Assembly (NCBI RefSeq): GCF_964204645.1
Contig: NC_134026.1
Location: 13,824,050 to 13,888,049, forward strand
Source of the DNA: Tubulanus polymorphus
Lineage: Eukaryota; Animalia; Nemertea
Length of the DNA stretch: 64,000 bases
Direction: 5' to 3'
This document shows, piece by piece, positions 26,346-39,876 of the stretch. A program made the position numbers and the translations under genes. The notes under the pieces are model-generated. The model made no database searches. It saw nothing but the letters and a program-made list of their open reading frames with translations, and had not been told where the DNA came from. The first letter of the stretch is position 1. Every line of letters starts with the position of its first letter.

Positions 26346-26645
26346 ATGCCCGCGATGATAATTGTCCTGCGAAGGGTAAGACTTGTAACAAATGTCAGAT
26401 GGTAGGACATTTCGGAACTGTGTGCAAAACAGGCAAGAAATTTGACAATGCGAAGGGTAGTAGGCCCAAGTCTAAGTGGGGTAAAACTGGAAAGTTTGTG
26501 AGAACTGTACGAAACAATGATGAAAGCGACGATGATTATACATTTACAGTTAGTGATAACGTAAACAACATCGGTGAAAGCTCGTGTTGCACTGATGTAA
26601 TTATGGTGTCCGTACCACAGTGTTAGTGGATAGCGGTGCTACATG
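26346..26645 (+). pseudogene. Gypsy gag knuckle and protease fragment
   Basis: CPAKGKTCNKCQMVGHFGTVC, then LVDSGAT after a frameshift. Confidence 0.85.
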
Positions 26646-27639
26646 CGTCCCTAGTAGGTCTGCTTTCTCAAGACTGCGGGCCTCTTTTATAGAAAAGATC
26701 GGCATTCCTAGAATGCCGACTCTCCCGTTCGACTTTTGGCAAGGAGCAGCAACCTAGCTGTCATGACGGTTTTGGACATGTAGAATTAGCCTTAATGATT
26801 CGCTAATCTAAAATTATTTGAGAAACTGATTTGCCAAAGTAACTTTTCTTTCCAACCCTCCTGTCATGACGCGCTTTGATTTACTCACTCCTTGCTTATC
26901 ATTGTTGAGAGAGCAGCTATTCTCTACGAGTTACCAACAGACATGTACACCAACAGAAACTTTAGAGAGCTAGTATTGATATTTGCCACAATTAAACTTC
27001 CATAAAACTTAAGCCATTATAAGGTCTTGTCCTTAATTAACATCCAGGATACTTAATTTAGATATATTTTCAAAACTTAGTTTTCACCTAGATTATGGAA
27101 CAAACTCATCGTTTCTTTTTCCAATCAACAATAGTAAACTTTTGATTCAGAAATACAATGTAATTAACTATCAAATCTAAAATCATTCTATACTCATTAT
27201 ACCAATTTTCATTTATAATTTAACTAATTCTATTATAATACAGGATAAAGCAAAACAACAATGTCTTCCTATACTTCCGGTTCTTCCTTTTATAGAAAGT
27301 AGTCGGGAGTATCAAGAAGTAACAGCGAGATCCCTGCACAAACCACATTATCAAAGCACCTCATTGTTCCGACCCAACCAATTACAGTTCCGTCTATTCT
27401 TAAGTTTAAAAATAATTCTGAATGTTTGCCAGATATCGCAGCACAAGAACCGAGAAAGAATTATTTTTGCACCTGGCTGATTTATTGTCAGCGCTGATAG
27501 ATCAAAGCATCAAACAACAACTTGCACAATTTTATACTACATCGTTTGTTGTCTGATACCCATAAAGAAACCACCAACACAAACAAAAACCAACATTACA
27601 AACATTTTTTAGTTACTACGGAATCTTGCTGCGGATCAG

Positions 27640-28425
27640 TAGGTACATTGAACTGGATATTATGTATTCAACTAAAACTGATAAAATATGTAACAGCAGG
27701 CGCGGATCCAGACTATCGCACATGCAGCACGTGCGGTAGTCTCAGTTTTCAAATGCCCTTGAAAAAAAAGTAAATAAAAGGGCACACAATTTGTGCGCCA
27801 TAAAAAAATAATTGCTTTTCTGTACTAGGCCTAAAGCAAAATGCGAATGAAATAGATTGCCCAAAATCATAAAAGGCAATATAAGGCATTTTTTTACTCA
27901 AAAGGGCACTATTCTAAAAGAGACATTATTGATGCTCTATAAATTTAATCGAAAAAGGGCAAATTTCGCCAAAAATCTAAAAAAGGCACAAGCAAATTGA
28001 ATGTGAAGGCAAAGTTAGTGGCGATACCAATGAATGGCACTCAAACTCGCTCGCTGGGCATTAATACTGGCCCTTTTCAAAGTTGGTGCCCTTTTTTCAC
28101 TGTGCGGTAGTCACTGTATGGCCCTGGATCCGCGCCTGAACAGGTTAGATAGGATGTTCTCTGTTCAGGGTTATCCAGAGTTTATGAAGGCCAATAATGG
28201 TCCTCAGTTTATTTCAGTTGAGTTTGATAATTATATGTTTAGAAACGGTATTAAACGTAAGGGTACAATTCCTCTGTGGCCTCAAGCGAATGGAGAAGTG
28301 GAGCGTCAGAACAGATCGCTTCTAAAGGCTATGAGAATCGCACACTCCGAGGGTAAAAACTGGCGTGAAGAGATTTATACATTCTTGCTGGCTTATAGGT
28401 CAACATCTCATTCAACCACTGGTCA
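27640..28425 (+). pseudogene. Gypsy integrase fragment interrupted by a MITE
   Basis: RYIELDIMYSTKTDKICN|RLDRMFSVQGYPEFMKANNGPQF...PLWPQANGEVERQNRSL...YRST.HSTTG. Confidence 0.9.
27697..28138. mobile_element. hAT-like MITE with 5-bp TSD AACAG
   Basis: Perfect TIR CAGGCGCGGATCCAG / CTGGATCCGCGCCTG. AACAG at 27692-27696 and 28139-28143. Confidence 0.9.
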
Positions 28426-28659
28426 TGTGACGAGCCCAATAAATGATTGCGCATAGATTCGGCCTCTCAGCATTTAGCACAGCAGTTCCGAGAAGTGTTA
28501 AGACCGATCAGCGCGCGCTAAAACCGGTGCTAGTACGATCAATATCTACAGGTATATACGTGTTCAGTATTACACAGCGAGTACCAGTATGTTGATCGAG
28601 CGTCGTCGTAGCAACGCGCTATACAGCGGCTTGAACTAGCGAGTAACGTTAATTATCTT

Positions 28660-29183
28660 TTAACCAAATTAGAGCACTTATAACCATCGGAATCAAATAT
28701 AAACCAAGCTGCACCATCTACATCAAGTAGAGAATACCTGTGTGAAATTACAGAATTGTCGGTCCACACAAACAGCTTAAATCGTGTCATAAAGAAACAT
28801 CCACAGACGGACGGACAGACCGACCGACCGACCGACCGACCGACCGACCGACCGACCGACCGACCGACCGACCGACCGACCGACCGACCGACCGACCGAC
28901 CGACCGACCGACCGACCGACCGACCGACCGACCGACCGACCGACCGACCGACCGACCGACCGACCGACCGACCGACCGACCGACCGACCGACCGACCGAC
29001 CGACCGACCGACCGACCGACCGACCGACCGACCGACCGACCGACCGACCGACCGACCGACCGACCGACCGACAGACACGACAGACACGACAGACACGACA
29101 GACACGACAGACACGACAGACAGACAGACAGACACGACGACGATGCCATAGATGGGTTCGTCTGACGACGAAACCCATCAATA
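28660..29183 (-). mobile_element. HINE-like 5' end with expanded (GGTC)n microsatellite
   Basis: Minus-strand hairpin GATGGGTTTCGTC-gtca-GACGAACCCATC after TTATT, then (GTCT)n, (GTCGTGTCT)n and ~250 bp of pure (GGTC)n at 28818-29071. Confidence 0.8.
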
Positions 29184-30447
29184 AAACTATATTTTGAACG
29201 GTATTCCTGGAATTTTACAATCCAAGGTCGCAATCAATGTCCGATTAGCAAAGTTGTCTGAGCATGGCTGCGCCATATCCAGAATCAAATTGTTAAATCC
29301 GATGTAATAAAATATTTTTAATGATGTTGATCTCAGTGCCGACATCACGAATTGATTGAAATAAGAAAAAAAAAATATTTACGAGAATGGACAGTTTGGT
29401 AGTCGGTCGGCCGCATGTGTTTTTGAAAAAAGTAATTTCACCTGAAATTTTGAAAAAGGGTCTGTAGGCAATTAAATTTTATTCTACAAATGAATATTTG
29501 TTACAACGGAATATCGGGATTTCTTTTGGCGTGGCCGTATTGTTATTTGTTTGAGAATTTGTATTTTGAATTCTAATTACGTGAGAATTTGTATCTATTA
29601 CTATTTGTCTGAGAATTTGTATGTTGTTTACTATTTTTCTGGGAATTCGTATCTAGCCTGCAACAGATGTAAAGAGAATCTGCTGCCGTACTTAGTGTTG
29701 TCAGGGCTGCAGATGGAAGGGTGTCTTCTGTTTTCAATTTTTTTGGTGTAAGCATTTGATTTTTCATTATGTGGTCTCTTCTTCCTTTCTTATAAATATA
29801 TGGATTAAACACGTAATATATGGATAAAACCATGTCATTTAAATTCGCTCCATTAGTATAGTAATAGGCTCAGCCTATGTTTGGTCGAGACCGAGAACGA
29901 AAAAGTGATCCTGATTTATTACTTGTATTCTTTTCTCGAATATCAGACGTTGTTACGGTCTCTTACAACGAGAAGGAACAAAGGCTATTTCAAAAGATAC
30001 AAAGTTTCTAAGATACTATTTTAGTCCATTTTCAATGACATCTCTAAACTCACCGATTTGAAGTTCTCATTTTCACCATGGATGACGTCAAGTTTTTCAG
30101 CTAGTGTCAGACTGGGAAAGAGACATTGTGTTGATTCAGTTGTTGCAGATCGTTGCTGTTGGGCCAGTATGTGTCACTACCTATTTGTGGTATGTTGGCA
30201 TGCGGAAGTGCTACGCGTTGATGCTAGCAGTCAATGTCGTTTACATTGAGTCTGAGAAGCACTGCAAATTTGTTAGATCATGGCCCAATACGACGGTCAG
30301 CATATTATTTCTGATTGATTTAGGTTGGTACGGTTTTTCCTGTTATTATAGTTTGGAATTGTGTATTTTAGTCAATCACTGTGACGATGAATCCTTAATG
30401 AGGATTGAATTCAGTGAATAAACAAGACAATTCGATACTACGTATCT

Positions 30448-31323
30448 ATGTCCCCCGCGATAGCCAGTATAGAATGAATGACCCCTGAAGACACTGATAT
30501 TTGGTATAGAAAAATGATGAGTGTATCCAGGGATAACCATACTATGAAATATCATTTTCCTGCTATGAATGGTTATTTAAGAATTGAGTTTACAGGGTTT
30601 TAGGCAAACGACGTCTACCAACCTTGACCTTTGACCCTAGAACTGCAAAATCACTAATGCACATCCTCTTCCCAGGGGTAATCATACTATGAAATAGCAT
30701 TGTTCCGTTATCAATGGTTCTTCTTGAATCGTTTTTACAAGCTTTCATATGAATGATATCTAGTGACCTTGACCTTTTCCCCAAAATCAATAGGGCACAT
30801 CCTCTCCCTAGGGGTAATCATATGATGTAATATCGTTGTATTGCTATCAACAGTTCTTTCTGAATCACATTCACGACACAAGGTTTCACGTGAATGACCT
30901 GAAGTGACCTTGACCTTTGATCCCAGAATCAATAGGGCACATCCTCTCCCTCGGGGTAATCATTCTACGTAATATCATGGTCCTGCTATCAACGGTTCTT
31001 CTTGAATGACGTTCACAAGGTTTCACATGAATATCCTGTAGTGACCTTGACCTTTGGTCCTTGGACCCCAAAATCAATAGGGCACATCCTCTGCCTAGGG
31101 GTAATCATACTACGTTATATCATGGTCCTATAATCGACGGTTCTTCTTGAATCACGTTCACAAGGTTTTACATGAATGACCTGTAGTGACCTTGACCTTT
31201 GATCATTGGACCCAAGAATCATTAGGGCACATCCTCTCCCTAGGGGTAATCATACTGTGTAATATCATAGTCCTGCGATCAACGGTTCTTCTTGAATCGC
31301 GTTCCTACGCCGCGCGGGGAACA
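30448..31323. mobile_element. Non-autonomous element carrying a ~130-bp GTGACCTTGACCTT satellite (about 6 units)
   Basis: Recurring GTGACCTTGACCTTT...AATCAATAGGGCACATCCTCT. Inverted ends TGTCCCCCGCG / CGCGGGGAACA. Confidence 0.8.
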
Positions 31324-31419
31324 ATAAATGAAACGAAAATACATCTGATGATTTGGTTTATTGTTGAAGTTGGATTTTGCAGTGGAGAACTACACCAGGT
31401 ATATAAAGGTCAGACACTG

Positions 31420-31590
31420 ACGATCTGCGCGAACCAGTTACGCGATCGCGTAATGATCAGTTGCGCGAGTTGTTACTTCGCGCAGCTAGGATATTTTCAT
31501 GATCAGTTGCGCAAGGTAATTAGACCGGGTACTTCGCGCAGCTGATAGTAATGATCAGCTGCGCGAGGTTATTAGACCCGGTACGTCGTA
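31420..31590. repeat. Short degenerate repeats of TGATCAG[C/T]TGCGC
   Basis: The motif recurs about every 45-50 bp. Confidence 0.6.
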
Positions 31591-33789
31591 CTATCAAAGA
31601 TTTCTGTTGCAGGCGCGTATATTTTATTTTACCTCTACTTAGTGCGATGATTTTTCGGGAGAGCGGGATTTCAAGTGACAATTTTTTTCAATGGATTTCC
31701 CGACGATGACAAACAGACGAGAAAAACGACAGTTTAGCAGAGAACATTAAATACACGTATACTGATCGAGAGAAAAAGTCGAGTATTAAATAAAAATTCT
31801 GTTCATCACTAATGAAATCATACACATGTAAACACTTTGACTAAACATTATATGCGAACATTATATATAAAAATATTAAAATAACACGTTAAACGTTAAC
31901 GTTAAACACCCACAGATTGAAGAGAAAAAAGGTATCTCTTTTCATGGTCTGTAGTTAGCATTTTTTAGTTTTTGGATTCATTTATTGCGCGATGTAGGAC
32001 AAAAATGATACCTTATTTCTCATTTTTCCCCAAGTTAATTTTACACATAGCCGGCCACTTATGTATAAAGTATTCAAATAATTCTACAAACAAGTAATTT
32101 TTAGACCCGACAGCTAAGAAAATGAGTTGGCGAGCATTTCTATTTGGAATTTACTTAATTACCAGGCATGAGATGGAGGCCCTAATTTTTTTGCCATAAA
32201 TTCGTTCTCCTTCCTGCATTATATATATACATCATATTTATCATTTTGCATCAATCTAATTATTAAGATTTTCTTTTTGGTCAATAAATAAGTTATTTTC
32301 TGAAGGCACCTGGCTATAACTTGATATAGCCTGAAGGCCTGACTGGCTATAACTTGATCACTCTGAATATACACATTTATCATGAATTTCTGCCGTTAAC
32401 TAATTATAAGTCCAGTATAAACTACTACGTAAATGCATTTTTAAACTCTGAAGTACCGGTCCAGTGTTGGCTCCTGAGGTAACGAACAATGAAATCATTA
32501 TAATCGGTACCGGTTTTCTTTAGTATTAGATTCGAATGCGAGTAATCTTCTTACAATAAGTAGCCAAAATGTAAAACGCAGCAGAAATTGTGGCATATGC
32601 ATGTGCATTAATTAGTAATCCCATTCGCCCATTTATTTTAAAACGCCAGCACAATGTTTGCCAATCGTACCAGGAACCCTAATTTCTTCATAATTATCGT
32701 ATGTAATTGGTCTAGAAATTCTGAATTCAAAGACTTTAATACGACAACTTCAATGAAAATCTATGATAAAGTTTATTTCATTCAAGAAACTTATTTCACT
32801 GTATGAAAAGTCGGTTTCCAGTCGGTTCCGGTAGGCTCCAGTCAGATTTAATAGGAGCCTCTTGAATCGATATAGTTGGCTTTAATAACGGTAGAGCGAA
32901 ATAAAACATACAAACTTTAAGTCCAACAAGTAGCCAGCTTCACAGTTTGGATTAAAAGCTGAATCAAAGACCATGTATCCAACTTTTGAGCCAAAGCGTT
33001 TACTTTTTCTTAGTAGCCGCAATTAACACTTATCGGCTACTTTTCTGTACATCTAAAAACAGTCACTCTGAAATAGTCTACCTTTCAATTCGGTTGGTTT
33101 TTTTCAAGAGGGTCATCCGTTGGTATTTTTAAATGCTCTCAATAGAGGCTTGCATGTATGGCAAACCAATAGTGCTGAATCAATTTAGAGTACCGGTAGA
33201 GGTAAAAGAAAACATACGAAGTTGAATAAAGAGCCAGTTTAACAGGTTGAATTAGTAACTGAACCAGATATCATAAAAGGTTCCTGGTTCCTTATTCGAA
33301 GGTGACATTTGTATAAGGTATTGAATCAGGGACCAGTACTCAGATTCACTGGGGGTATCTCTGCAAGTTGTTTTGATGGACAGAATCAAGGAATAAAGGA
33401 TGAATATCACATTTTTTCTCATATGTGTGGCTTGATAATAGATTGATGGATGTGTGTTTTCATAGACTGTGTGTTTTCATTCCTCACCCAACAACAAGAC
33501 TTAAAGACTTCCTTTGCACTAAACATGACTTTATTTTCTTGTATGATCAATAATGATTGCGGTGATAGTGATCCAATCAAGTAAGAAAAGTATTCTTGCT
33601 AAGTCTGTCCAAAAACTCCACGATTGTTCTTGTTGGTCGTCCTACAACAACGAAAAATACCCATTGAAAATTAATAAAATATAAAGTACCCCGGTAGTCA
33701 AATACCAAAAGACGATGTGAAATTTATTTGTTATTTAATGTCTTTGACATACACTCAGCAATCTTCCAGCCATGTCATTCTTTATGGCA

Positions 33790-35005
33790 TACCCACTTGG
33801 GAAGTGGTTTCAAATGCTCAACAATCTAACACTTTCGATATTCAACGCCCCCTGGTGACCATATACAACAACCAATGACCTTGAAACTCACCACAATCAT
33901 AGAACATGTCAGCAGCTACGATGATTTTGTAATTGATTGTGATAACAAAATATGCCACGTTCCCAATTTGATATGGAAATACTGAGTTATTCTACTATTC
34001 AACGCCCCCTGGTGACCATATGCAAAACCCAATCACCTTGAAACTCACCACAATCATAGAACATGTCATGAGCCACAACTTTGCAATCGATCATGGTAAT
34101 AAAATATGCCTAGGTGCCAATATAATAAGAAAATACTAAGTTATTCTAATATTCAACGCCCCCTAGTGACTATAAAGAACAACTAATGTCCTAAAAACTC
34201 ACAACTATCATAGACGATGTCATGAGCTACAACTTTGCAATTGATTGTGGTAACAAAATATGCATAGGTACCAATAAAATATTGAAATACTAAGTTATTG
34301 TATTATTCATCGCCCCCTGGTGGCCATATACAAAAAAAGCAATGACCTTGAAACTCACCAATATCATAGAACACGTTGTCAGCTACAACCTTCCAATCAA
34401 TTGTGGTTACTAAATATGCTTAGGTATCAATATGATGTGGAAAAAATTTTTTCCCACCTACGAATGAGTACTGATGACACCTAGATGGCCGCCGATTGCG
34501 TCATAATTGGCTGATCAAAAATACCTATCTCAGGTATAAAAGATCCCTTTCCAAAGAATACCCATCACAAATTGCAAAGAAAAATGGCAAACCAGTAGGA
34601 AGCTACAGGACTCAGAATTCGGGCTAAAATTGACATTTTTGGGCACAAAAAAGGTCATAGGATGGCCATCTTGAGTCTGATCGACCCAATTTTTCTCACG
34701 CTGATGGGCCCTTGGGGGTTCCAAATATACATGAAAGATCAAGGTAATTGATCTAAGCGTCTTCAAAATTTCCCTCAAAAAGTTCAAAATGTGTAAAAAG
34801 TCGGTCGGTCTGTCAAGTCAGCCATCTTGGATCTGACCGGGCCAGTTTTGGGCTGAAGATGTGTCTAGGGTCATGTGTAACACAAATATCAAGACATTGA
34901 AGCGTCTTCAAAACTTCCCAAAATAACTGGATTCCGTCTACGGACGGACGAACGAAAAGCGAACGCAACAGCCCGCTGGTAATAAAGTCCCGAGTGGGCT
35001 AAAAA
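33790..35005 (-). mobile_element. HINE family A copy with ~158-bp internal tandem repeats
   Basis: 5' end GTCCCGAGTGGGCTAAAAA plus (GACG)n. Four units containing TTCAACGCCCCCTGGTG. 3' subterminal CCCACTTGGGAAG. Confidence 0.9.
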
Positions 35006-36627
35006 CTATAGTAGAGTATTGTAGAGCAAGAACCTGGTCAATAATACCAATTTCACACAGAAATTTGGTTGCTTTCGATGACCTATATATGCCAAACATA
35101 GGACTCGTCCAACTCCCATCATGAACCCACACTTTAAGTATGAATAAATTCTGTGTAAAAATCTTCACCTTACAGCAGTAACAAGCTCCAAATTGGCAAT
35201 TTTAGACACCGGCATAACAGTGGCGGCCATCATGGATGGCCTGATTCAAAGCAGAAGGGAAAAGCTCCCGAATTGCTAATCTACTCATCAAATTAAATGT
35301 GGCGGTCATCTTTGATGACCTATATCCGCAAAAAAAAGGGTTCATTCTCCTCACACCTAAAACAAACATACCAAAATCAACCAAAAGTTAAGCCTGTAGA
35401 GCGGGAACAATATCTGCATGCCTGCCTGGACGGACAGACAGACAACACAGGTGTTTACGATACCTCTTGCATTCTTGGGTCGATGGGTAATAATAAATTT
35501 GCGTCAAACATCCCTTTGTGGACTTGGCATTTGAAGACAGAAATCCATTAAGACTTTTTTGGTAGCACAGCGCACACAGTACATGAATTCAATTCAAATT
35601 AGGTGTACCATTACACTAGATGAGCCAGTATGCCTCTGATACCCTGCCTATAAGCTATGTATGGTGCTAGAGCAATTGCTCAGGTAACAAACAGGTAAGA
35701 TTGTCTACACCAATTGAAAACTGGGGTATTGTAGCTAGGTAGATATTATTAGGTAAATAGGAATGGACCTCATACTAAGTCAAAACTTTGTACCAAGTTT
35801 TACATTTATTTCTGGAGTAATGAAGGATTTGATCATGCTAACATAGTTTCTCAATGTGGCCCCCTGCATAAAATTCGATGTTCTTAGGTGGATACTTCAA
35901 CCGTTATAGATGGATATATAATAAGAAAAGGCATGCATTTGAAATGATTATACATGTACATAGATGCGCTGAAACTATTTAATCTATCTACATGATTAAA
36001 AACCCTATACAGGCGCAATTGGTAGGAAAAATTAATCACAGCATGCGCTCTGGCTTTCAGTGTGTTGGATGACTGCTGAGCGACTACAATAACAGATGGA
36101 ATGGACTAATCACTTTACCTACCAGACATGGCTCCCTTTGAGAGATATGGGTATTCACCAGAATGGTTTTCCATTATTCCAGCAATATCTAGATGCAACC
36201 AATTTTTGTTTGTGACAAATTCCTAGAAAAAATAGATTTTGATATTCATTTTACTGTAAAAAATCGCCTAGGTCGCCTCAATTTACGAATACATCGGAGG
36301 TCTCCTTTTGCCGGCCGATTTCCACCAATAAACACGAACAATGATATAACAACGGCTGCTTTATTCTACCACAAGAGAAAAAGAGACCGCTTCTGGTCTA
36401 TTGCAGCGGTCAATCACAATCCTGACTCCCCTCCTTACGTATCGACGCTTAATCGACATCAATAGATCGTCGTTGTCCGAATGTTTGAATTTCCTGATAG
36501 GATCGTTCATCTGACTATTAATAGCCAGTGTATTGGTGATGTCTTGTCGATAAAATTTTTCAAAAACGGCGTTGGCGTGGCCATATATATGAAAGTGTCG
36601 TTTAATTTTTTTTCAATGTGATATATG

Positions 36628-38986
36628 AACAAGTGCCCCAATGGGCACAATGGCCAGCCTGTCAGATTTGCTTTTTATAAATGATGTAATCTGTGGGTTA
36701 TATTTATCAATATACACTCCCTGCTCAATATCATTTACATAGTAAAATCGTGTGTTAACACAGACAGCAGGAACGAATGTAATATAGAAATACTAAGTTA
36801 TTGTATTGTTCAACGCCCCTGGTGGCCATATACAAAAACCAATGAGCTTGAAACTCACCAAGATCATAGACCATGTCATGAGCTACAACTTTCCAATTGA
36901 TTGTGGTAGCAAAATATGCATAGGTACGAATGTAATATAGAAATACTAAGCAATTGTATTGTTCAACGCCCCTGGTGGCCATAAACAAAAACCAATGAGC
37001 TTGAAACTCACCTCGATCATGTCATGAGCTACAACTTTCCAATTGGATTATGGTAGCAAAATATGCTTAAGTATCAATATGATGTGGAAAAACTTTTTTT
37101 CCACCTACGAATGAGTACTGATGACCCCAAGATGGCCGCCAATTGCGTCATAATTGCCAGGTCAAAAATACCCTCTCGGATATAAAAGATCCAAAGAATA
37201 CCCATTACAAATTGCAATGAAAAATGGCACACCATTAGAAAGCTACAGGACTCAGAATTCAGGCCAAAATTGACATTTTTGGGAACAAAAAAGGTCACAG
37301 GACGGCCATCTTGAGTTCGATCGACCCAATTTTTCTCATGCCGATGGGTCCTCGGGGGATTCAAATATATACGAATGATCAAGGTTATTGATAAAAGTGT
37401 CTTCAAAATTTCCCTCGAAAACTTCAAAAATGTGTAAAAAGTGCTGATTTTGGCGAACATCTTGAATCTGACAGGGCCAGTTTTTGGCCTGAAGATGTGT
37501 CTAGTGTGGTAGATACACGTATAAACCAAATATCAAGACATTACCTTGAAGCGTCTTCAAAACTTTGGAACTCTCACGAACTATCTAGATGGTTATCTCT
37601 CGACCTCAATAGCTTCAAGACCCATCTCAAAACTACTTTGTTCCATGCAGCATACCATTAACTCTCGGAAAGCAAATTAGATTTAACATTTTTTGGCAGA
37701 ATAAAATTTGATTGAATTTGCAATTCGAGCACATGGCTAATTAGCATATCATGGTCATACACCCCATTTGGTAAAACCTATTTTTTCGCGAACCTTGCGC
37801 AATTGTCAAGGATGAATTTTCTGTAGAGCAAATAAAAATTCCTCCCAAACACCCAATCAACTAAAGATTTCATAGAAATCGATCTTGAAATACAATTTTA
37901 AATCTTAAAATAAAACCCGGAAGTAAAACAGTAGACGATACTGCGGGTTCACGTGAACACCTGATTTCTGTAAACGAAATGTTGGTTGTGACAAAATTGT
38001 TCAGACGGTTTTAGGTGGTAATAAGTGCGGAAACGTAACGACCATGGTCGACTTATTCGATGAAATCAGGCCTATGTGATATCCAAATTTTGACTTTTTT
38101 ATTCTCCAGACCTCCCTGATATAGAAATAAAAAATGTTGGTGGTACGAAAGTGCAATCACAGCGCCGACGGCGACAGAGCAGTGTCAGAGATCGGCGGAG
38201 TGAAAATTGATGTGGACGAACACGAAGAAGTAGGCTATTGCGCTACTTGTATCGTGAAAACTCCTGGCGCGTCCCGACGCTTTTCGTTGATTAAGTAATA
38301 CAAATATCATGCAATGGGTTTTCACAATCTACCCCCGGTATTTCCCGGATTTCAATATCACTCCAAAATTCAAAGAAACCTCGAAATATCGAACCGGAAC
38401 ACTTCCGGTAAGTATCCGCGGCTGCCCAACCGGGAAACTTATTTGTTTCAATAGATCATCATCAGGATAGGATCCATCATCTTCACCTGTCAAGGGATTC
38501 GAACCCACTAAGCTAAAGCCTTGCCAGAATCGGGTCGGGCCAATCACAGCGCTTGTAACAAACCACATTAGGCTTCTGTGGAATTTCCCAGTAAATGGGC
38601 CAATCAGCGAACAAATAGCGAACGCGGAAGTATTGTCGCGTGTTGATACATGAAGTCATGCGCAAAAGCGCCAGTAATGAAATCACGATAATTCACGTGA
38701 ACAGCTGCTGATATTTTCAGATAAACCAATCACAGGGAAGACACAACTTCCTGATTGGCTGATAAAAATTGAAATTTTAACTTTCGTGAAAAATGCAGAA
38801 AACATTTTTATGAAACCCTATTTCAAAATTCTGCTCCCTACAATCCCGAGAATGGATTATGCTTAAATACGTGATTTGTTCGAATATGCCCTCACTTGGC
38901 AAGCAAAAGAGCCTTTTGTATGGAAACCATGTCATTTAAATTCGCTCCATTTGTATAGTTATAGGCTTAGCCTACGGCTGGCCTAA
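36628..38986 (-). mobile_element. Near full-length composite HINE family C
   Basis: Minus 5' end TTATTAGGCCAGCCGTAGGCTAAGCCTAT. 3' end GGCTGGCC-ATT-GTGCCCATTGGGGCAC-TTG|TT. Carries family A and L2 fragments. Confidence 0.85.
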
Positions 38987-39080
38987 TAAATTGGAGTGCA
39001 AATCATTGACAAATGTTTGTGTTGATGGTTGGCAACTCGTAGCGTCACAACAAAGGGCGACTCCCTGCTGTAGCAGTTTA

Positions 39081-39876
39081 AAGGCTGGCTTATGTCGACA
39101 AGCAACGCGACGCCTACCGACTCCTACCGACGCAACTGAGAGCAACCGCCATCGCAGCCCAGCTTATGTTGACTGCGCTCCGATTCGCAGCAACTGAGGC
39201 CGACTAGCGGGATATGAGATCCTCCCAGTTGCTTCCCTGCTTATGTCGGTTGCGATTACTAGCAACTGCAACGGCTCAAATGGTCACGTGATAAGCATTT
39301 TGAGAATAAATTTGAATTATTAGGAAATATATTTCTATTAGAAAAGCTATTTCTTTAAGACTTTGATCTTTCTGATTCTGTTTTGAATACAACGTGCTAG
39401 CGACATCATATAAAGATGGCCGCTCACACCATAATTCTACCAATTTCGTTTCTAGATCTTCGGTCCAGTCCTCTGCCATGCTGAAGGTTTGGTTTACGTT
39501 TTGAACTACTTGAATTTGAAATTTTATGACTAATTACGAATGACGCTAACTTGTGGTGATAATTTGTACTATGTATATGCGGTCTTTCATTGGCTGGAAC
39601 CCCTGCGCTCAGTTCCGTCGCGTCGCAGGTGAGCTTATGTCGGCTGCGATCGAAAGCAACTGCCCGCCTACCGTAGGCCGGAGTAGAACATGGGCAACTA
39701 GCCGGATACGGCTTGCGACGAGTCGGTAGGCGTCGCGTTGCCGTCGCAAGCCGGCTTATGTCGAACCGATTGAGGAGCAACTGGCGGCCTCTCGTAGGCC
39801 GCTAGTTGCCGCTAATCGGCGATCAACCCAGTTGCATCGGTAGGCGTCGCGTTGCTTGTCGACATAAGCCAGCCTT
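39081..39876 (-). mobile_element. Non-autonomous PIF/Harbinger derivative with 40-bp perfect TIRs and a MADF/Myb-like fragment
   Basis: TIR AAGGCTGGCTTATGTCGACAAGCAACGCGACGCCTACCGA at both ends, TA flanks. ORF 39276-39479 reads WTEDLETKLVELWCERPSLYDVASTLY...K...LKEIA. Confidence 0.9.

Noticed and set aside
28653-29233. ORFs with GRSV/TDRP repeats
   Set aside because: Translations of the (GACC)n microsatellite.
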